Assembly (NCBI GenBank): GCA_002633005.1
Contig: NMRA01000346.1
Coordinates: forward strand, 323,594 to 383,014
Length of the DNA: 59,421 bases
From: Phoronis australis
Taxonomy: Eukaryota; Animalia; Phoronida
Direction of reading: 5' to 3'
The notes beneath the pieces were generated by a model, which saw nothing but the letters and a program-made list of their open reading frames with translations, had not been told where the DNA came from and did no database searches. A program made the position numbers and the translations under genes. Positions 51,906-59,421 of this stretch are shown here, in pieces. Numbering within the stretch: the stretch's first letter is position 1; the number at the start of each line of letters is the position of its first letter.

Positions 51906-52240
51906 TTACGCAAATGTGTCTTTGGTGTGATCATTAGAATCCAATGGATTGAACCTGATATATACTTTTTGGCGGATTCGTGCTCTATCCCGGACATCTG
52001 CTTCAAGACGTGCCCTACTTTCTACTTTCTGATAGGTTTGACTATAAGATGCAATGTTATCACTTTCCATCTCTCCAAGCCCTGTTTCAAACCTACAGCA
52101 AAAATCGTAACTTAGTGCCGAAACCCCAACTATGCACTCCCTACTGTGTCAGTACTTTATGGATGTGTGCTCTATAAACTGCACAATTCAAATCCCACTT
52201 CGGCATTTACCCAGCTCATTAATCTAACACGTGTTTCTTG
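51906..52240 (-). pseudogene. Relic of an Academ-type transposase core
   Basis: One minus frame reads GI*IVQFIEHTSIKY*HSRECIVGVSALSYDFCCRFETGLGEMESD..QTYQKVESRARLEADVRDRARIRQKVYIRFNPLDSNDH, colinear with the recalled invertebrate consensus GIWSDMFIETTFMRYG..GIIGI..WALS..C..HKEE..RI..D..DR..IR.KL...PLD...H. Family assignment is from memory. Confidence 0.6.
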
Positions 52241-52364
52241 GTGTGAGGAGAAGAACATTAGGCACTGTCATCGTGGGGTCAAAAGTCTCAAACTGCTGAG
52301 CACACAATAGAAAACTATTTTCTCACTTCGTCCTCCAAAAAGGGATTGTTCTAAAAACCCCTGG

Positions 52365-52460
52365 GTCCCCTCGATTTCCACACGTCTGGACCCCCCTCGA
52401 CCTACTATCCCCTCGACCCACAACCCTCTCGACCCACGACCCACAACGCCTTCGACCTAC
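52365..52460. repeat. Degenerate short tandem repeat (cccctcgacc-ac, ~16 bp)
   Basis: Five to six copies of the (c)tcgacc core. Confidence 0.75.
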
Positions 52461-53149
52461 CACTTCATTACCAAAACAGGGTTCGGCTCAGTTAAGTTTT
52501 CGACTCGCCTTCGGCTTCGCTGGGTCTGGCTGGTATTAAGAACACAGTACGTGTTTTTGCAATTAAGAGAGTCGGTTCGGTAAACTTGAAAGCCAAAAAC
52601 AGAAGAACAACGCGACCAAATCAAATCAAAGTCCTACCAACTTTATAAATGTCTTTCTTGTCTCGTCTGCTCTTCAGTGAATGTAAGTTGCTCAGAAAAT
52701 ATACATCTAGTTTGAAAAATTAAACTGTTAACTAAAATGCATCTCAAAGTGACATAGAGTATATTGTAAACGAGTATACTATAGAAAGCAAATAATAAAA
52801 ATGTGAAATTATTTGTCTACATTTAACGTACTCTCTCCCTGAGTTTAATAGAACAGGGTCATTGGTAGCCGCTCGTGGAACTGTTTCCGTGACAACGAGA
52901 GCACACTCACATTCCGCCACTGATTTCAGATCATGGTCTTACGCCATTTTCTATTTTTTACAGTCTGAGCTCAGAGCAGATTCGTGTATTTAAGTATTAC
53001 GAGAAAGTCATTCAGCGATGAAATTTGTAAAAAGCGCAAAGTTAACTCTATTGCTGTTGGTCGGGGGGGGGGGGTGTAGTGTGGGGGTCATGGGCATGGC
53101 GGTNACATTCCTTTAAAAAGAGATTCTTTAAAATTTTCATGAGACAACC

Positions 53150-53500
53150 TGCGTCTAGATTTCATTAAATTCATCGACAACAGGAACATGCGTGCAAATA
53201 TTACATATACGTGGTGACCTATACAGCAGTTATAGGGCACAGGTAGAATATTGAATGATGGCAGTCATAATAATTTGCGTAAATTATCAATTATGCAAAT
53301 TTATGATGACAACGAAAAGAGGGAAGATGATGTGAAAATTATTAATAATGCTTGAAATGAGCTTGTGAGAAGTAACAACATAACGAGTAATGATGGCCTT
53401 TGTATAAATTATGCAAATTTATCATGCGACGTTTGCTAACCGATTTCATTAAACTTATTGACCACAGAAACACGGGTACAAATGTTAACATAGTTTACAT
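53150..53500 (+). repeat. Old dispersed repeat with ~285-bp internal period; related copy at ~55850-56260
   Basis: ttcattaaa..ac.a..a.aac motif at ~53161, ~53445 and ~55944, with ttatgcaaat motifs in both regions. Confidence 0.5.
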
Positions 53501-56500
53501 GTACCAGATGTCTGGTATGATTTAGTTCTGTAGACAGAAAGTGGTACCTAGAAATTCATTTTTGTGTGATATTGTTTCTGTTATTTCAGGGTGCCTCACC
53601 TGAAGCGTTGTAGCTGGGTTCTAATCTTGATAGATTTGAGCTTTTTAAACATGCAAATTTAAGAGGCCGTTAGTACGCAAAATTATATTCTTGCACATTA
53701 AGTGTTATTGCACAGTCAGTGAATAAAATAGAGCTACTTTCGAAGTAAATACCTCAAGAATTTACTTAAATTATACAAATTAATAAAGACAATTGTTATT
53801 GAAAACCCTGCTTGTGCTTATAGCTACGGTATGAGGCACCCACACATCAAAGTATACTGATATCTGCATCTGATCTTTAATTTGTTCCGCATTTTGATTA
53901 GTTTATTGCTATTTTACATACAATAAACATGCACTTTAAGCGTTCAAAGTTCTTCCCAATTTCGCAAAGACGTATAAGTAGATCAACCGTTTAGCCCTCT
54001 AACGATTCGTGTAAATGCGCGTTTAAAATAGTTCACGCGTATGTATGATAAATTTGCACCCCACCCCCCCCCGTTTAAATAGGCGTGCGTGTCAGGTATC
54101 GAGATATAATAACCCAGTGTTATCATCACGTGCGTTATATAACATATGTTTAGACAATGTTACTAAACTGGAAATGTTGAAAAACGTCATAGTATATTCT
54201 GAAGAGATTTATATTAGAGTCATCATATTATTGTATGATGCTATAATAATGCTGTCGGGATGAAAAATTTCTTCAAATCCAGTACCTTCCAATCTAAGCA
54301 TGGCTTTCATACAATAAAAAGTTTAGTGACATGAAGACCAGAAACCCCCATTGCCGTTCATGGAAATTGTCCTCATTGAAAATTGAAAATCATAGGTATA
54401 AATTTATCAAAAAGTTAAGCTACATCGTTCTCATTTCAACACATTCATCTTAAAGAGGTTTGGAACTCGAAAATCGGACTAAATTGCATTATTCAATCTG
54501 GTTCTCTGCCACTGAAACAAAATTCAACCTGTTTACCAAGTGTGTTTACATATTGTTTGTAAATGTTTCGAATTTCTGTTGATGTCAAGGCATTTTTGCT
54601 TTATTTTCAAATTTTGGAAAGAACAACCTGTCAAGTGCTCGTCACTTCGTCATTTTTTACCCATAAGGCAAAGCACGTCTCCTTATCTGGTATGTCAAAA
54701 CATAGACGAAGCACATTTCCCTTATATGGAAAATGTGACCTTTGACCTTTGATGCAACACAAACAACGATGACTTCAACCGGAGGCCAATCCGGCTAATA
54801 GGTAATTGATGTAAGTTCTAACTGTTTAAAATTTAGTTACTAACATATGGTAGCATTCAAATATTTTCTAAAAGCACTTGGACTTTTTTTTGGAAAATTG
54901 CTCTGTTCACTGGCTTGCTTCAGACTGTGCTGTAGACCTCAGATTCGGAGTGAATCACTCATATCCGTCTGGTCAGTAAGCTGTGAGAGCATGCGCGCAT
55001 TCATCATAGTCGGAGAGAAATTAGTAACTCTGTGGTGACGTCGTGCGAATATAAAAATCCTTTATCTAGTGATATTTTCTTGCAATTCCTTCACAAGGGA
55101 AAGTAAATAATTCCGTAGTTAGTAGACGTTGGGCACAGGTACATGTACTCTCGCCAGGACTTGTTTAAACGGTATTTTGACGAGATTTCGCGTTCCATGC
55201 TTCATTAAATATCTGAAGGGGTCCACTTTCAGTGCATATAATCAAATTAAACACGAGTCGCATGCCATCATGCTATGCATCTAGCGTCATTTTGTCTATA
55301 TCAATTAATTGAATGTAACTGAATTATCTGCCGTATTGATTTGGCTGCTAAAATAACCACTAGGTGGTGGGGACCAGCTACTATCCCGTATACTACAAAA
55401 GACACCAAACCCTTAGCGCAAATCACAGACTTCCATCCCTGGCCTCCACACACGCCCCATAAAGACTTCATACACGATGACCAAAGTCCGCTCCCAAAAA
55501 CTAGATTCCATGGTCATGCCCGTAAATCTGAGCTAGAATATAAATGCCTAACTTTGGAATCTGGCCCCTGCTACTGGGTTCTAGTATATGGAGTATTTCC
55601 GTTGCCTATGTACTACTTTACGGATGCAAATCTGGGGATTTTCTGGCGCTAGTCAAGGACTGGAGTTTAGTGGATCGTATTTGCACATTAGAGGCTCATA
55701 CTAAAACTCCATGATAACATGATAATAAATTACTAGCTGAACTTATTCCTGTGTGGAACATTAAAAAGAAGTTGCGTTAGTCGTGGATACTTTGTAATTT
55801 ATTGCAATTACTTGATTTTACGTGCATAACTTGTATCTGCATTAATTTTACCTGTAAATAACTAATGTCAACCTGCATTTGCGTAAACCGCATGTATAAG
55901 TTATGCAAATATATGATACATGTACATTGACATGCACGCTGCTTTCATTAAATTCACTAACCATGAAAACGAGGGAGCCAACATCAATATTATCCACATG
56001 AAGTGCCCCGGAAGGTAGCTACGAACAAAAGCAAAATTTTCGATAATGATAGCCATTACTTGCAGAACATATGCGAATTTAGCACGCGTTCTCTTATCCC
56101 AGCTATAAGCACAAGAAAGTTTTTAAATGATAGCCTTAATTTGGAACTATGGAAACTCACAATTTATCTACCTTTAACCTGGCGCCATTGAATTCAATGA
56201 CTTTGAAAACCTTGGCATGAACATCAAAACAATCAACCTATAGTGGTTGATAAGGAAGCGTTATCAGCATAAATAGAATTTTCCTTAAAAATGATCAAAA
56301 TTGTCAAGATCATAATCCTGCTAAAATATTTCAAAGGGGGCCACCACAACATCAAAGAATCAAGAACCTTTATGTTACCGGGAACATTCAGTTCCCTATA
56401 CCTGTATGTACTGTATTGTTAGAGCTTTCGACACCAAAATTTCACGGGACTGCTCGCATTTGTCCTGGTGTCTCGCTTTTCAATCCAGTTGTCCTCATTT

Positions 56501-59369
56501 TTTTCGTTCTTGCATGTCAACAACTTCATGTACATGTATGCAACAGGTATGACATTGTCTCTTTAATAAGAATATTGTTATTTTCCACAGTCTATTTTCT
56601 TTAGTAACATAACAATTATAAAAAAGTGTTCCAAAGTTTCTTGTGCACAGTAACACACACTGCACGTATCAAAATCACCATCCTTCACTGCTACCCAGAG
56701 TGTATTTCAAAGCTACGAAAAATATTTTCTTGTTTTTTATATATCAGAAAACCCTTATCTTCAAATTAGTTAGTTGGAGTAATTAATTTATCACGTCTTT
56801 AAAATGTCACTGCATCCTGGATTTTCACTGAATAATATTTTGTATCAAACGATACCAAAGTTCCAATTATGTATAAACATGTGAAGTTTTGGAAGAATGC
56901 TGACTAAACTTTTCACCGAACCAGCGAGGGATCCATATTTTAAAATACTTGTCTTTATTTAATAGAAACCTTTTGAATAATTGAAACTAATTCCCTGCTG
57001 GTTTAGTTAATCATTCATATAACCGTCTGGCTCATTTCATTTAGATGTTACTGTTACACGTTAAATAAATTGACATGACCTTTAATAGTCGCCTCAGGGG
57101 AACTAGGTCGCAAGCTAATCGCATAGAGATCGGGAGATTGGCCAATCCATTATCCATTTTGTTTTTCTTTGTTATTATAAAGATAATGGCAAGCATTTAT
57201 CGGTAACCGGCTGGAGTTCGCCCAAGGTACGATACTGATGCGACCTGTACTGCTACATGTATATCCAACAAAGACGCAACAAAGGGAAACAATCTTAGTG
57301 TCCCGTAGGCTATAACCATGCGACGCTCTCACCCCGTCAAATGAATCTTGCCAGTTAAACAATACCCTGCGACTTCCATATGACGTCCTTTAGCATGGGC
57401 GACTACTCAGACAATAGAACATCAATTAGTACATGTAAAGTCTCATTATAACACTGTTATTTTCGCGTTTTGGTAACTCTCGTGGTTTTAGAATTGAAAA
57501 AATATCCAGGAAACCAGTATCAGTAATATTTATGATGTATGTTTTTTATCTTTTACTTGTAGTATAAGTAGCTTGAATAAAGCCAGCTAACCAATCAACG
57601 TGAGAGATTTCGATGACTGCCGATCAAAAATTTTCCTATTTTGTGATTGGAATTTCGAAAGAAATAAACGAAGTGAGAAATTTTGGTGATTCGTCACCAC
57701 TGAGTCACTGGTAAAGATTCTCTCTCTAATGACAAGCAAGCGCTGCAAAGGAAATTTACCGTAAAATTTGCGCTGAGTTCCGTTGACGCACGAATCCCGC
57801 CAAGATAGCTAGTGTGATCGCATGCTTCGCTTGCAATGCATGGCAACATCTCACGAAATCTTGCGGTTTCATGAAGATCTCGAGTCTACGCAACGCACGT
57901 AATGCTGGTGCGTCAGCCAAGTTTGTGCACAACAACTAAAATGCGGAAATTATGTCAGGCGAGCGTGTGCATTCCATGGGTTATTAATGGCGGCAGAAAT
58001 AAGAAGTTGCTAAGCAGTTTCATCTAGGTTGCGCGACAACTGGCCCCTTTTTAATTGTAACCATTAGGCGAGGTGGTGTCACAGGGGCACCATGCACTTA
58101 TTTAAACCATCTTCAGACAAGCCAAGGTGAAAATTTGCCAGTTTTAAAGCGGTTCCTGTAGTCTTATTGACTTCTATAGGAAAGTCCGTCAATTTTTTAC
58201 CTTGATCATATAAAAAGAAAGACAGAGATAGATTAAAATCGAAACAACTTGGAAAATAAAACTGGAACTTCCACGTTTTTCTTACATAGCCTTATTGGAT
58301 TGTTATGTCACATGATAAACACGAGCAGTTCGAGTTTAAGGTTAGTTTTCATGTGGCGTTTGCGAACATTTGAGATAAGGACTGTAATCGTAGCATTTCA
58401 ATCTGATCATGACACAAATGAGAAATTGACCAAAAAAAAATTAAATGCATTCCAAACGAAATAAACGTTAGGTTTATAAAAAACACATCTATGCTCTCTC
58501 TCGTTGACCACAACAATCAGTGCTTCATTAAGAGTTAGCAGGACCCCTAAGCTACACGTGTCATAAGTACGGTCACCCCAGTAAACTGAAGTAACTTGCA
58601 TTCCGATATTATTTTTTGTAAATTTAAAAAGAACATGTTTGATGGTCCGTAGTTCTATGAAGTTCGCAATAAGTTAACGCACACTCTGTTTGAAACTAGG
58701 TATTTAATAACGTCATCAACAAAATAGTTCATGTTTCACTTAAGGGATACGAAGTTGCATGGTATACCATCAGCTGCAGCTTTCTTCGCTTAAAATGAAT
58801 AATCCGGTAGGGCATAACACCATTTCAACTCTTAATCAGCGAGTATATATTACCGTCAACAATTAATAAGGTCCCTTCCTAGAAATTCTGTAGAAGCAGA
58901 AACCTTGTTTCGCGAAGAGTCTATTGACTAAATGTCTTGTTGACTTTAGTCTTCAGTCTGAAATCTTGTTACGAATAGGCACCTATTGAATTTTGTTGAT
59001 CTTTGTCCTTTGTTGACCCCGTAATCAGAAAAAGTCGATTTCTTCTGGGTTCTTGCGCGACTTGTGATTGGCCGTTGTACCTGCCTCCGCGGCAGATAAG
59101 GATTTTGACAGCACCGATGTTGGTTGTGTTTTTGACATTGCCTGGCAGCGATAACGAAGGAAGTCTTATCAGTGTTGTGCCTTGTCAGACGAGTGTCCTC
59201 GGCCTGTTTACTAAGAAAAAATTTTCACAGAAATTTTTGCCTAGGTCCTAACCAATTGGACTGGAAATTCTTTGATGCAGGAAATTCCACCTACGATTGA
59301 TACTCTTGGACGTAAAATGGAAGATTTCTCATTTTCTGCAAGAATTATGATTTTACGTGCTCAGACAAA

Positions 59370-59421
59370 CATGCCCTTAGGCGGGGGGGAGGCGAAGGAT
59401 GCGAACGTACTCCCCCCCCCC
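59370..59421. mobile_element. Start of another G-run/C-run MITE, truncated by the window end
   Basis: catgcccttaggcgggggg..gatgcgaacgtactcccccc resembles the other CAG-type MITE starts. Confidence 0.35.

Noticed and set aside
58940-59335. Possible LINE ORF1 or exon fragment on the minus strand (LFVTRF)
   Set aside because: Only a six-residue resemblance, with stops nearby and no endonuclease or RT sequence.

Overview
AT-rich eukaryotic (animal, probably marine invertebrate; inferred) scaffold sequence with two N gaps. I recognise no intact host gene, rRNA, tRNA or CRISPR array; the long ORFs in the track come from microsatellites or N runs. The window is a mosaic of microsatellites and DNA-transposon debris (P-, Harbinger-, hAT-, Tc1/mariner-like MITEs, Helentron-type elements, two THAP relics, an Academ-like transposase relic). 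The most notable items are: (1) a 4.6-kb element at 17298-21896 with an exact 9-bp target-site duplication, TA..TA ends, hairpin termini, inward-facing promoter motifs and an unrecognisable decayed coding interior (AcademH-like ends, unknown cargo); (2) a strong excess of TACATGTA, seen once as a TA to TACATGTA indel between two copies of a duplicated segment, which fits Tc1/mariner excision footprints; (3) an inverted pair of hammerhead-like Penelope-type cores at 38-215. All alignments and counts were done by eye, and family assignments rest on recalled consensus features.
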